63,626 nt of DNA, filler included, from Octopus bimaculoides (GCF_001194135.2; 7 parts of 6 records of this genome joined end to end with filler, not necessarily neighbours in it), one strand, 5' to 3'. Positions 36,381-48,897 are shown, counted from the whole stretch's first letter. Notes: generated from the sequence alone by a model not told the origin. Numbers and translations are program-made.

Positions 36381-36905
36381 TTACCGGGCATAACTGTTTA
36401 GTGATGTTTTAAACTGAGTGACTAATTTGCTCCATTTTATATTCGTTTGGGGGAAATCGCTTTGCTTTTATTTGGTTCGGCGTCACTCGTGACACGTCTT
36501 TCTTTTATTTTCTGCGTGTGTATGTGTGTTGTGTAGGCGTAATTTACATTGCTTGTAAATATTAGCATGTGCACATGGATGTATGGAGAGTTGGATATAT
36601 AGGTAATTATTCAATTTACGTACTTACTGTGTAATTGGAGTGCTTTCCAGGGTTCCTGGTACTGGTTCGACTTCTTGTGTATGTCACATTGAGATATCGC
36701 ACATTTAAGAAAGAAACTACACTGTATTTAACAAAAATCTTACCGATCTTTTTAGTTCCTTTGCTTTAACAGAACTTTTCCAACAGTTTTATCGCGAACT
36801 TTTCCTTCCATTGCACGTGCATCAAAGACTTATTGGATTAAGTCTGTTTTGTAGAGAGAGCTTCTTAGTGTACGTCCATGTTGTTTTTTCTTTATCTCAG
36901 AGCTA

Positions 36906-36968
<63 letters not shown>

Positions 36969-36980
36969 CATTATTATTAT

Positions 36981-37514
36981 TGAGTGAGAGAGCAGTGCAT
37001 GCTGTCAAGGTGACATTGGGGTAAAATATACGAAGCTCAGTATACCTATCATGACAACTCGTCTTATTAGGGTACACCAAGCACAGGCATCACAACCATT
37101 TGTGCGCGACATGATGATCTCATATCAAGATAAACAGCGCATGACATTGCAGGTGGGGCCCAGTGAGAATTTTTTACACGTCGAGTAGCACATCCTGCTC
37201 AAAAGGTCCCTTAATAAGGATATTGAACAAAACACCGATGATTCCAGTGGTGAATTATTAAAACCCCCAAAGAATTCCGCTCAACACATGGCTATGATGC
37301 TTCCTCACTATTTCTACTCATGACCAGAGATGCACATGTTTTCAGCCACCTTCCTCAGCTGCTTAAGGTCAAACAACTGACTAGCAAATCTGTGGTATTG
37401 AGCACAACATTTGCTGTAGCGAATCTTTTATCCCATGACAAAACATGCACATAACACTTCCAGTCAGTTAAGGTCAGAAGCCATTACAGCCACTGCCTGG
37501 TACTGCATCAGAGC

Positions 37515-37515
<1 letters not shown>
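36981..37515 (-). mobile_element. Family C repeat flanked by (AAT)n on both sides
   Basis: Full copy between TTA arrays 36905-36980 and 37516-37580. Confidence 0.9.
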
Positions 37516-37580
<65 letters not shown>

Positions 37581-38068
37581 GCAGTAGTTTTATTTTTATA
37601 ACGTGCTTTCACTTCACTACCGAGCGCAGCTCTGTGCGCCTTGGGTATGTGCTGTGGTTTGCTGTGGTGCTCTTATGTTTACTGTATTGAAAGTGTTTTG
37701 CGTAGAATGTGTGCAGTACCCAGTAGTGCAATTTTCTGTATGTTATATATATTTGTAAGTCCTGCTATTTTTGTTATGTATTTGTCTGAATATTTTTTTA
37801 TTATANNNNNNNNNNNNNNNNNNNNNNNNNNNNNNNNNNNAGAGAAACGTTGTCATCTGCTGGTATTGATACATCAATTAGAAAGCATTTTTTTTCTTCA
37901 TGATCTTTGACAACTATATCTGGTCTATTTGCCTTAATTTCTCTATCTGTGTGTATTGGCATATCCCAGAGTATGGTTGCTTTCTCGTTTTCTGTGACCT
38001 TTTCTGGCGTGTGTTTATACCATCTTTTTTCTGTTGTTATTCCATAATGTTGGCATAGCTTCCAGTGT
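37581..38068 (-). mobile_element. R4/Dong-like LINE 3' end (RLE domain, C-terminus and UTR), with gap
   Basis: Open IHWKLCQHYG..WYKHTP..ILWDMPIHTDREIKANRPDIVVKD..FLIDVSIPADDN (37841-38068); QKIALLGTAHILRKTLSIQ*; TTA arrays on both sides. Confidence 0.92.
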
Positions 38069-38085
38069 ATATTATTATTGATATA

Positions 38086-38130
<45 letters not shown>

Positions 38131-38256
38131 GTTGTTATTATTATTATTATTATCATTATTATTATTACTACTACTACTACTGCTATGACTACTACTACTA
38201 CGACTACGACGACTACTACTACTACTACTACTATTATTATTATTATTATTATTATT

Positions 38257-38433
38257 CAGTAGTCTAATTTTTATAACGTGCTTTCACTTCACTACCGAGC
38301 GCAGCTCTGTGCGCCTTGGGTATGTGCTGTGGTTTGCTGTGGTGCTCTTATGTTTACTGTATTGAAAGTGGTTTGCCTAGAATGTGTGCAGTACCCAGTA
38401 GTGCAATTTTGTGTATGTTATATATATTCTGTA

Positions 38434-38437
<4 letters not shown>
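38257..38437 (-). mobile_element. 5'-truncated R4/Dong-like 3' end
   Basis: HKIALLGTAHILGKPLSIQ* plus the same UTR; TTA arrays on both sides. Confidence 0.9.
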
Positions 38438-38481
<44 letters not shown>

Positions 38482-38482
<1 letters not shown>

Positions 38483-39009
38483 GAGTGAGAGAGCAATGCA
38501 TGCCATCAAAGAGATACTAGGGTAAAATATACGAAGCCCAGTATACCCATCATGACACATGCATCACAATCATATATGCGTGACATGGTGATCTCATATC
38601 AAGATTAACAGCACATGACCTTGCAGGCGGGGCTCTGTTAGAATTTTTTCAGGTCGAGTAACCCTTCCCGCTCAAAAGGACCCTGAAGAAGGGTTGTTTG
38701 AGGATGTTGAGCAAAACACACATGTTTCCAAAGGTAAATTATCCAAACCCCCAAGAATTCTTCTCTACACATCGCTTTGATGCTATCCCACTACTTCTGC
38801 TCGTGATCAGAGATGCACATATCATCAGCCACCAAGGGACATGCTCAACTGGTTAAGGTGAAGCAAATGACAAGCAAATTTGTGGTATTAAGCAGAATAT
38901 TTGCTGTAGCCCATCATCTATACCAAGACAAAACATGATACATGATAACACTTCCAACCAGTTAAGATCGGAAGCCATGAGAGCCACTGCCTGGTACCGC
39001 ATCAGGGCA
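38482..39009 (-). mobile_element. Family C repeat flanked by (AAT)n
   Basis: Colinear with 36981-37515. Confidence 0.9.
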
Positions 39010-39077
<68 letters not shown>

Positions 39078-40445
39078 CTGCGGAGTAAGACGGACGTGTT
39101 TTCGAACCTTCTGAGTAAGTTTTCATCATTTTCATTGTTTTCACCCGTTTGGTGCTGTATTTTGAGTGGAACTTTCGTTCCATTTGTTGCTGAAAAACAC
39201 CAGGAACCTCTTATTGGCAGCACTGACAGCAGCAGTGGTGGTAAGGGAAACGACAGCAGCAGTGGTGGCAGTAGCAGTGGCAGCAGCATGAACAGTGGGC
39301 GCGAGAAGAATAGCAGCAGTAGCAGCGACAGTAGCAGTGGCAGTAGTAGCAGTAACGGCAGTAATTACAGCACTTCAAGCAGTGGCAGCAAGAGCAACGG
39401 TAGCAGTGGAAGCAGAGTGGTAGGAGGCAGAGGTAGTAGTAGTAGTGGTAGTAGCAACAGTGGAAGTGGTTACAACACCACCAACAACAACAACAATAAT
39501 AAGACTTCTTTCGCAGGCGCGCCGCCTCAAAAGAACTCTTTGCCCTCTCCCTAGAGGACAAAACCTCTAAATTGGCAAATATGGCTAAATTTAGAAAACT
39601 CAATGGGACTTCCACCTCCCAAGGAGTGGACAATGATTACACTGAAAGTGCAGCCCCTTGTAAAGCTAGAACAGCTAGAGAGGATCCATGACCTGAACTC
39701 TCTGCCGAATGGAATTGATTGGCGGGCAGACAGCCAAGATGCCATATCTTTGGCATGACAGATCATTTGCGGGCGTTCTGCTCACAAAACAAAAACAGAA
39801 GAGGGAGGCGGGCCCCACCCCCCGATGTCACAGCCATTGCCACAACAACAACATCATTTACAGGGGGAGAAAAGACTAAAGCAACAACAGCGTCTCAAGG
39901 CAGAACCACGGCAGTGGCTCCAACTGAGGGGGAAGGACCAACAGCAGCAGGGAAAAAAGCAGTATCGGAAACAGCAGCAGGAGCAGTAGCATCAGTAAAA
40001 ACAGCCCCCAAAACGTCACCACCACCAACACCACCAAAATTGACAAGACTTTCAACAGTGAGGACCACTCAGGACTTTCCTCAGCCCAGCTCTACATCTC
40101 CCTCTCTCTCAAACACACACTCACACATAGACACCCACACAAAAACAAGCACACACCCACCCTTATCGGGGACAGATTACACAAATTCTGATTCCTGCTA
40201 TCTCGAAGTGAAGGTGAAGAGGAACTACAAAAGACCCACCAAAAAAAAAATTAAAAAAGAAAGCGCAAGAGAAAAACATCCGGCCTCACACCAACACACA
40301 CATCGGAAAATACAGAAAATGCGCACGCAACAAATACAGTCACACAGACAACATCTCCAGCACCACACTCATCAACACAACAAACACTACCAACACCAGC
40401 ACAACCCCACCTCACCCACAAAAGACAGCTTTCTGAATAGCTGAT
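39078..40445 (+). mobile_element. Possible Tx1/L1-like 5' region with decayed gag-like ORF1
   Basis: GRQPRCHIFGMTDHLRAFC resembles a CCHC knuckle; AGACGGACGTGTTTT near the start; Ser/Thr-rich low complexity. Confidence 0.45.
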
Positions 40446-40456
40446 AAATTATTAGC

Positions 40457-41536
40457 CCCTACTTTTGGCGATTTTGAGATATACGCACCCCTTAGTCGCC
40501 CCAGAATGGGAGGCAGCCTTGATTTCGAAGTTCGGACGATCTTCCTGGACTTTGGTGGTAAGTTGGTGGTCCTGGATGTGAGCAATAGCGAAGGTGGTGC
40601 TTTTAGACTTGTCGCTGTATAAGCTTCGACTGGGACGGGACAGCCGGATTTCTTCAGACGCTTGGGGGCTTTCTACTTTCTCCTCTTTTCCCGCATATCT
40701 ATTCTTCGCTACTCTTTCTTCAGCTTCCTCGTTGGGATGCACTGCTTGCACACTAGGTTCTGTACATCTGTTATCTATTTCATCTACATTGTTGATGTTT
40801 TCATTTGGTCTACCATGGGATATATGTGTCCTAATTTGGCTAATTTCAGCGTCAGTTAACCTTTTGTTCTTAATGATATCTCTGCATAGAGTACTTAATT
40901 TATTTGCGTCTATATATCTGGGTACTTCGTTGCCTACTAAGTTCCTCCATGAAGTGTATGTTTGTATAATGAGATTATATTTGGGTTTAGTTCGGCTGTA
41001 TAGAACGCTTTCAACACATAATCCTCTCTAGTCCATTTTATGCGTTTTGCTTTAGGTAATGTTTTTGGTGGTGTCACTACATGTCTAGGGTTAGGGTTAG
41101 CCTGGTTCTGGTTACCAGATAGTTCGTTTTTTTTTCTTTTGAGAGTTTATTCCAGCAGCAGACTTTTCGACTCCAGTTTGGTTCCCCACTGGGTAACGCG
41201 ATCCTTGTCCCGGGCGATGACCAATCCGGCATGAGTTTGGCTTGTCATTAAAGCATTGGTGGTGACAATAGCAGACGGGGTTGTTTGTTCAGGGTTGACT
41301 TTTTGACACAACATCACTTCTTTGTTCTTCGAATGGATATATTTGTCATATCGCGATCTAGCACCCTACTTTCGACGATTTTGAGATATACGCACCTCTT
41401 AGTCGCCCTGGAATGGGAGGTGGAGTGGCAGTGCTGTTAGGAAAGGCCTGGATCTCGAAGTTCGGATGACCTTCCTGGACCTTGGAGGTAAGTTGGTGGT
41501 CCTGGATGTGAGCAATAGCGAAGGTGGTGCTTTTAG
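40457..41536 (-). mobile_element. R4-like N-terminal coding fragment bracketed by ~150-170-bp direct repeats
   Basis: Repeats at 40457-40606 and 41364-41536; internal KRIKWTREDY..WRNL..DANKLSTLCRDIIKNKRLTDAEISQI (~40829-41055, one frameshift). Confidence 0.6.
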
Positions 41537-42008
41537 TTTTTATTGTTGTTGCTTTGTTACAAAAGAAATTGACAGTGACGCCCAAGACCGACCAACAAGG
41601 TCAACTAAACCGAAACTTCGAAGTTACGGTCAACAGTTTTCTTGTAAAAAAAAAATTGATAAATATGATACTCTACATAAATGTACCGAATGATCCTTGA
41701 ATACACACACACACAAACACATACATAAACACAAACACACACACATTTTTAAAAATACATGCGTGTGCAAACAAATGTTTTACATAATGGATTTGATTGA
41801 AAGTGTATTTCCCATAGCCTTTGCAAATCGGTAAGATTGATGCTATTGATGCTCCGTTTAAACTGTTGCAGTTTGACACCTGCAGGAACCCATGAGCAAG
41901 GAGAACTGAGAAGACCGTTGTTTTGGGTGAGGGGGCCTCACTAAAATGAGATTTTTCTACCAGTGGCCTAATATGTATACAAAGTCAATAGACATATATT
42001 TCGCATAA

Positions 42009-42316
42009 AAATTAGAGTACATTTAAGAACAAAGAGGCAAGCCTTAACAGGTTGGCTGACATACTAGAAAGACCAGGCAAAAAGTCCAAACCACAGTAAA
42101 GAGCAATATCGAAGGGAATGAAAAATAAAAACATTTACCATGTTTATTTGCTAATTAAAGTTCGAAGCCTGAGGTCCGGCTGTAAAATATGGTAAATGTT
42201 TTTTGTTTTTCATTCCCTTCGAAATTGCTCTTAACTGTGGTTTAGATTTTTTGACTTGTCTCTCTATTATGTTAGGCAACCTGTTAAGGCTTGCTTCTTT
42301 AAATGTACATTAATTT
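42009..42316. mobile_element. Long fold-back element (MITE-like)
   Basis: ~135-bp imperfect inverted arms 42009-42145 and 42185-42316; right end abuts a gap. Confidence 0.85.
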
Positions 42317-43872
42317 NNNNNNNNNNNNNNNNNNNNNNNNNNNNNNNNNNNNNNNNNNNNNNNNNNNNNNNNNNNNNNNNNNNNNNNNNNNNNNNNNNNN
42401 NNNNNNNNNNNNNNNNNNNNNNNNNNNNNNNNNNNNNNNNNNNNNNNNNNNNNNNNNNNNNNNNNNNNNNNNNNNNNNNNNNNNNNNNNNNNNNNNNNNN
42501 NNNNNNNNNNNNNNNNNNNNNNNNNNNNNNNNNNNNNNNNNNNNNNNNNNNNNNNNNNNNNNNNNNNNNNNNNNNNNNNNNNNNNNNNNNNNNNNNNNNN
42601 NNNNNNNNNNNNNNNNNNNNNNNNNNNNNNNNNNNNNNNNNNNNNNNNNNNNNNNNNNNNNNNNNNNNNNNNNNNNNNNNNNNNNNNNNNNNNNNNNNNN
42701 NNNNNNNNNNNNNNNNNNNNNNNNNNNNNNNNNNNNNNNNNNNNNNNNNNNNNNNNNNNNNNNNNNNNNNNNNNNNNNNNNNNNNNNNNNNNNNNNNNNN
42801 NNNNNNNNNNNNNNNNNNNNNNNNNNNNNNNNNNNNNNNNNNNNNNNNNNNNNNNNNNNNNNNNNNNNNNNNNNNNNNNNNNNNNNNNNNNNNNNNTATA
42901 TATATGTCTGTTTGTTTGTTTGTATGTATGTATGTATATACATATATTTATATATACATACATATATCTACATGAGTATGTACATTTACATATTTATGCA
43001 TGTATATATGTATGCATGCATCTCTGTCTACATGTATATGTGTGCATGTCTTATTGCTTAAGTGCATATATAAATAAGTATGATACCAGAAACATTTGAA
43101 TTCTAACTAAAATTCTAGGATTATTTAGTTTTTTTTTTTTTCTACAATAAAATAGATAAGTAGGATCTAAAAACAACGAACTGGAGTCAAAAATACTGAC
43201 TATTAGAAATGGAGCAGCCACTGGTCCCGTCTCACAGCATGAACGCATTTAAAACAAGACAACACTGAGATAGAGAAAGCAAAACTGGTGAACGACAGGC
43301 ATAACATATGGAAGACCATATTTAAAGTTATAAAATGAATATTAGATAACATTAGAGGCCAAGAAACAGAAACGATATAAAGATTGTTCGAAAATATCAA
43401 AGCGAAGTCATTGCAATGATTTCCTTTCTTTTTCCGTTTTTTCGAGGCTCCGATGGAGCTATAAGGCGTCACTCGAGCACTCAAGTATCAGTCCACTGTA
43501 TCTTATAGCGAAAACAGCTGTGAGTTAATGAAGTTCATAAGATAATTGTTTATTCCTTTGTCATCTCATTTTCTTATTACTCGACTGTGTACTCAACTAA
43601 CCCTTCGTTCTGTAACATGCATATTGAGTTCTATACCAGGTTATCAGTCTCACAATACTTAAGTGGAATGTATGTGTGTGTGTGTACGCACGTGTGCGTG
43701 TGTGTGTGTATACTCACACATATATGTATGCATGTATGCGCATATGTATGTGTGCATGTATGTATGTATGTATGTGTATGTATATACGCCTTTTATTCAA
43801 TAAGTCGATTTCTTAAAAGGTTTATAGCTGTAATGAATATTTTTATAATAAATATATTTCTTGTATCTTTAC

Positions 43873-43940
<68 letters not shown>

Positions 43941-43984
43941 TACACACGCATATACATACATAAATACATACACACTCACACACG

Positions 43985-44021
<37 letters not shown>

Positions 44022-46795
44022 CACAATACAACATATTCATTCCAGCATTAGATTAATGGCCATCTCCATCCCCTCCCCTATGGTTATTCATTTCCTACGA
44101 AAATAATTTAGTTTTCTTCCCCTTCCTTCTTTTTCTTCCTCATTCTTTCTTACTATTTCGTTCTCCACTTTTTTCTCGCATGCGCTAAACTGATTTATTT
44201 ATTTATTTATTATTTTTTTCTAATTTTCCTTCATAAACCCATTGCTTTACTCCCCACAATCTATAACACAGCACCTAACTGTAACAATACATGCTACCAG
44301 TCAACCATTTCATGTCCTGAACTTAGTTCCACTAACTTAATAAAATCAATCCCCCTACTCCAACTCGTAATATTTACCATAAAAATCATTTATAAGTATT
44401 CAATTAATAACCACACCAGATATTTATTTCAAGAACCACACCTCACTCCTACTCACAAACGAAGCCATTTTAATCTAAGGAAATTCCATACATACTTCTC
44501 TTATTGTTAAAAGTTCTTTTATTATTTGGTGTCGAGTACAGAGATAAAACAGCAGTGTAAAAAATATTTTATTATTTATGTTTGTGTGTTTACAAGTTTT
44601 TCACCAAGGCATATATTTATGACACTAGTTTTCCGCCATGTTCTTATCCACAAGATGGGTTTTTTCTTTCCCTTCTCTTTTATTTATTTATGGGGGTTTT
44701 TTTGGTTTAGTCTGTAGGAAGAGTTTGTTCCCATGGCCTTTGCGAGTCCTCTGAGACTAGTGGAACTCATGCTGTTGATATTCTTCTTAAACGACGGCAG
44801 GGAAAGAATTTCTAAAGCAACAGGTGCGGTTTTCTTTGGTTTTGCACTCACGAAGCTATCAATAGTGAACCAACGTTTCAATAAGATCAACTGAAGATCA
44901 TCAGATGTATCAAAAGAGATAAATTATCTCATTGTTGTGGTACTCGTACCTGTACCTTTCTTTTGGACACTTATCCCTCGATATATGTGACATGTGAATA
45001 CTTTCAAGTGTAAATCGAAACTAGATCCCTGACTGGGCATGAAGGAGATATTATCTCTCTAGTCAATGGCCTTCACTTCTCACGTCAAACACAGTTAAGA
45101 TGGTAAAGTCTACCCTAAACTTCTGTCTCTTCTCTTCTCCTCATGCTCCTAGTACTGCACCAACCCGATTCCTTCTTCTCAAACTCACTGGAATTTTCTT
45201 TTTATTTTTCCTGTAGGTTAACGTACTGATGTTAAAAATGAATGTTAAACGCATGAATCACAACAGTTTGAGAGAGCCTACGAAGGTCAGCCCTTATTGG
45301 CTGTAATGGCTTCTTTATTAAACCATTAATACGTTACTTTACGATCTAAAAACCTCTTTTTTTATTTTAGAGTTAAGCGGGACAGCAGTGCTCGAGACAC
45401 TTTATAGAAACTCCGAGACTCTATGGAGGAGAGGGGAAAGTAGTTTTAAGCTGGAGACATGGCCTGAATACTTACAATTTGATAAAGATACCCAGTGGGT
45501 GGTGTAAAAGCGAGCAACGGATTAAGTCTACTTGTCCATGCTGGCGACAACAGAATTTGAACTCAGGAAGCAAATAACTAGAACAAATACCGTGAAGTAT
45601 TCTTTCTGTCAACCTAACGACCCTACGAATACGCCTCCGGTGGTACTGTAATTCAAATGTAATTTCCTCGACTCTACTGTAGAATGGTATCGTAATACCT
45701 GGGTTCCTTGGGTTTCTTTGACAGCCATAAAGAATCACAGGTCACAGCTCAGTAAAATATTACATTAGCTTCTTATGACCTGGATCTAAGGATTATTTCA
45801 TATTTCTTACACAATAAGTGACCTGGATCTTATTCCATCACTGTTACTGTATGTCATAACTTCATTCATTCTTTTGATCGTCGTAGTCGCTTAATAGCTC
45901 TGATCGTCGCCAATTGAACATTGTTAATCCGGAACAACCAAGTGAAGGCGGGGACCTTTATGTAGTCGCTTGGTCTGTTAAAAATAACACCCAAATCTTC
46001 CTCAAATTACATCTTATTGTTGCATTAAAGTTGTACAAAAATCGTCGTATCAACACTATTGCTCGAAAACTGTTGCACCAAAAGTTGTTTCATCAAACAA
46101 CCAGCGAGAATAGTTTATTAAAAGAGGTTAAACCCCAGAATTGCCCTTCAAATATTTAGGAAGAACAGGTACCTTGCTTGGATACTGGTCCCATGAGATG
46201 TCATATTATATTAGTTTTTTTTTTTAGATTTTTTTACCCCACCCCCCACCCCACTGATCCGCATTCTTCTGAATTCCAAAATCTTCGCCAAACCAAACTC
46301 AATTACAGCCCCACAGTTTTCGGTGACTCTGCAGGGTTAATATTAATGTTTTACAAAGGCACAAGGGCACAAGGCCAGAAACTTTGGAGAGAGATTGGTC
46401 GATTAAAGTGATTTCAACAATACTTTATATCATTGACATGGAATTTGAACTCAGAATCCAGACAGCTGGAACAAATATGGCAAGACTTGTATCCGACGTT
46501 CAAATGACAACAGCTGATATGTTACGTTTACAAAATGGTTCAACACCATGCAAATCGATCAACATTGATCCGTCCAGTTAACTACATATACATATATGGA
46601 TATATATATATATANNNNNNNNNNNNNNNNNNNNNNNNNNNNNNNNNNNNNNNNNNNNNNNNNNNNNNNNNNNNNNNNNNNNNNNNNNNNNNNNNNNNNN
46701 NNNNNNNNNNNNNNNNNNNNNNNNNNNNNNNNNNNNNNNNNNNNNNNNNNNNNNNNNNNNNNNNNNNNNNNNNNNNNNNNNNNNNAATGCTGAGT

Positions 46796-47330
46796 AAGCG
46801 CTATGGACAGACTATAGTTAAGCTCCAAGTTCAGTGATTATGGGAATGAGGAGTCCAACGTAGGTCATATATCAGCATGTGTATATATAAAAAAAAGTTA
46901 ACAGAATGCGATAGAAATCCAAGACTGTGAAAGATTTCAGAACATTTATAAATAGAAGGTCTTACAACTGTTTCCGGGATATATTATATATCCCTTCATC
47001 GGAGACGGTGTGAGAACATGGTTAAGCAATAGTTATTCCAGATAAGATATGAAATAGAGAGTGAAGTGGAGGAATGAAAATAGACGTGAGATATGCAAGG
47101 ATATCGTATCTGTAGTTCCATTATTTAGGCAGAACGGTATATATATATAAGATTCCTGTACCTTGTAAGTTCCAATAGTATTTAAAATTGGTCATTTCAA
47201 ACATAGAGTTTGTAAACATTATTGAATCGAGGGTTTTTTTAAAGTGACTTAAAAGTTGGGGATGTATTTGTAAGGTCAGAGGGAAAAGGGAATGTATTTG
47301 TAAGGTCAGAGGAAAAAAGAAGAGAGGAAA
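46796..47330 (-). mobile_element. Penelope-like 3' end / non-autonomous derivative
   Basis: TYKVQESY..PFCLN resembles the GIY-YIG C-terminal motif and is followed by a hammerhead motif. Confidence 0.55.
46959..47006 (-). ncRNA. Minimal type I hammerhead ribozyme motif (U4C variant)
   Basis: GUCU-CCGAUGA-A-GGGAUAUAUAAUAUAUCCC-G-GAA-ACAGUUGU-A/AGAC; predicted cut after 46963. Confidence 0.65.
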
Positions 47331-48115
47331 AAGAAAACAAAAAAGAAAACAAAGAAAGAAGAAAGAAAAAAAGGAAAGCTAGGAGAGAGATAATAAAGAA
47401 ATGAAGAGAGGGATAGTTAGTGGTCAGTCAAGATAAATTGATAGGACGAATGGAGAGGTGAGGGTGATAGAGAGAGAAAGATATGAGAATATAAAAAGAT
47501 GATAGGGAAAAGAGTAAAGGAGTGTCAGATAGAAGGAATGAGGGGCGAGGTTGATAGAGAGAGAAAGGTATTAGAGTGTAAAGATATGAGAGGGTAAAGA
47601 GTAAAGGAGTGTTAGGTATGTAGTGAAGGGCAGAGAGAGGGTGTAGGAGTAGTAAAATGGTGGAATGAAGAATTTGGGAATATAGGTTAGGTTGGTTAGA
47701 GGACAGGTCAGTGCTTAGTAGTAGAAGAATATATATATGTGAAGATGTATACACATGCATATATTAAACATGTATATAGATATTTATACACATCAACGCC
47801 TACACATACAACACGCACTCATATGTATATGTACATACGTACACCCATATATATGTGTATCTGTATGTATTATCACCCCTGCACACGCAGGTCTATATAC
47901 CTGGCATACATACATAGAAACACACACACATACACACACACATACACACACACATACACACACACACACACACGCACATACGTACGCACGCATATACATA
48001 CAAATATAATTAAATGATTGTGATATTTGAGTATGAAAGAGGAATTAGGGATTAGGAGTTAGAATGTAGATTTATTTGGATTTGTGGTAGAATTTAAATG
48101 TGTGAAAAAAAAGCG

Positions 48116-48897
48116 GGATCTCTGTGATTTGACGGCCAACACTTGTTTTCTTAACGAAACACTTTCAAACTTGGGACACTGGTAGAATGTGTCATACAAA
48201 ACAACTTTTTCTCTTAGCCTTCTTAACAAAAAATTGTACATCGCAAGTTATTTCATGTTAAAGTTGTCGTATTTCTGTAATTTCAACCAATCACTGACGT
48301 CTATTCAGCTGAATATAGTCAGTGCTCTTTTGTAAACAGCCGGTGTTAAGTGTGTTATTCCCTGTGACATATTTCATCCGGTTTAATCGTAATTTATACG
48401 CATATATTGTTTATATAATAAATTACGCTGTGCGTATCTGTGTGTATATTTTTGCCATAACCTCACTCATCACCCTAACCCTAACCCTAACCCCAACCCT
48501 AACCCTAACTCTAAAACCCAAACCCTAACCCTAAACTAGAGTTTGATTTGAAGAAGATTTGGCTGCTATTTCTAGGAAATGAAGCACTTGGTGGAGGTGC
48601 ATTAATAATTCAAGTATTTTGATGGCTTTTTCCCCTTTGTTTACGAACAGTCTAGTTGATCGGAAATGTCAGAACTAACGGGGATTAATACCACAGCACA
48701 AACTGTATTCAACTGAATAGACGTCAGTGATTAGTTGAAATTATCGAAATAAGACAATTTTTAACGTGAAAGAACTTCGAATACAAATTTTTTTATCTGT
48801 TCTATACAACAAAATATACAAGTATACGAAGTTTGAAAGTGTTTCGGTACCAAAAACACTACATAAAAAAATGTTGCCCGTCAAATCGTAAAGGTTC
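48116..48897. mobile_element. Merlin-like non-autonomous DNA transposon with 8-bp TSD
   Basis: Ends GGATCTCTGTGATTTGACGGCCAAC and GTTGCCCGTCAAATCGTAAAGGTTC; ~200-bp inverted arms; AAAAAGCG at 48108-48115 and 48898-48905. Confidence 0.85.
48473..48539 (+). repeat. Interstitial degenerate (CCCTAA)n telomere-like tract
   Basis: ~10 imperfect CCCTAA units inside the transposon. Confidence 0.85.

Noticed and set aside
39096-39554. 152-aa Ser/Gly-rich ORF
   Set aside because: Translation of an (AGC/AGT) low-complexity tract within a repeat; no splice or homology support.
40457-40606. HDV-like ribozyme in the direct repeat (GGGCGA-CUAA-GGGGUGC)
   Set aside because: P4 and J4/2-like parts are present, but I could not build P1, P3 and P1.1 with correct spacing; an Infernal scan would settle it.
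44868-44908. Minus-strand CUGAUGA ... GAAACGUU
   Set aside because: Neither stem I nor a closing stem II can form.
48473-48539. True telomere
   Set aside because: Short, degenerate and internal to a TSD-bounded element.
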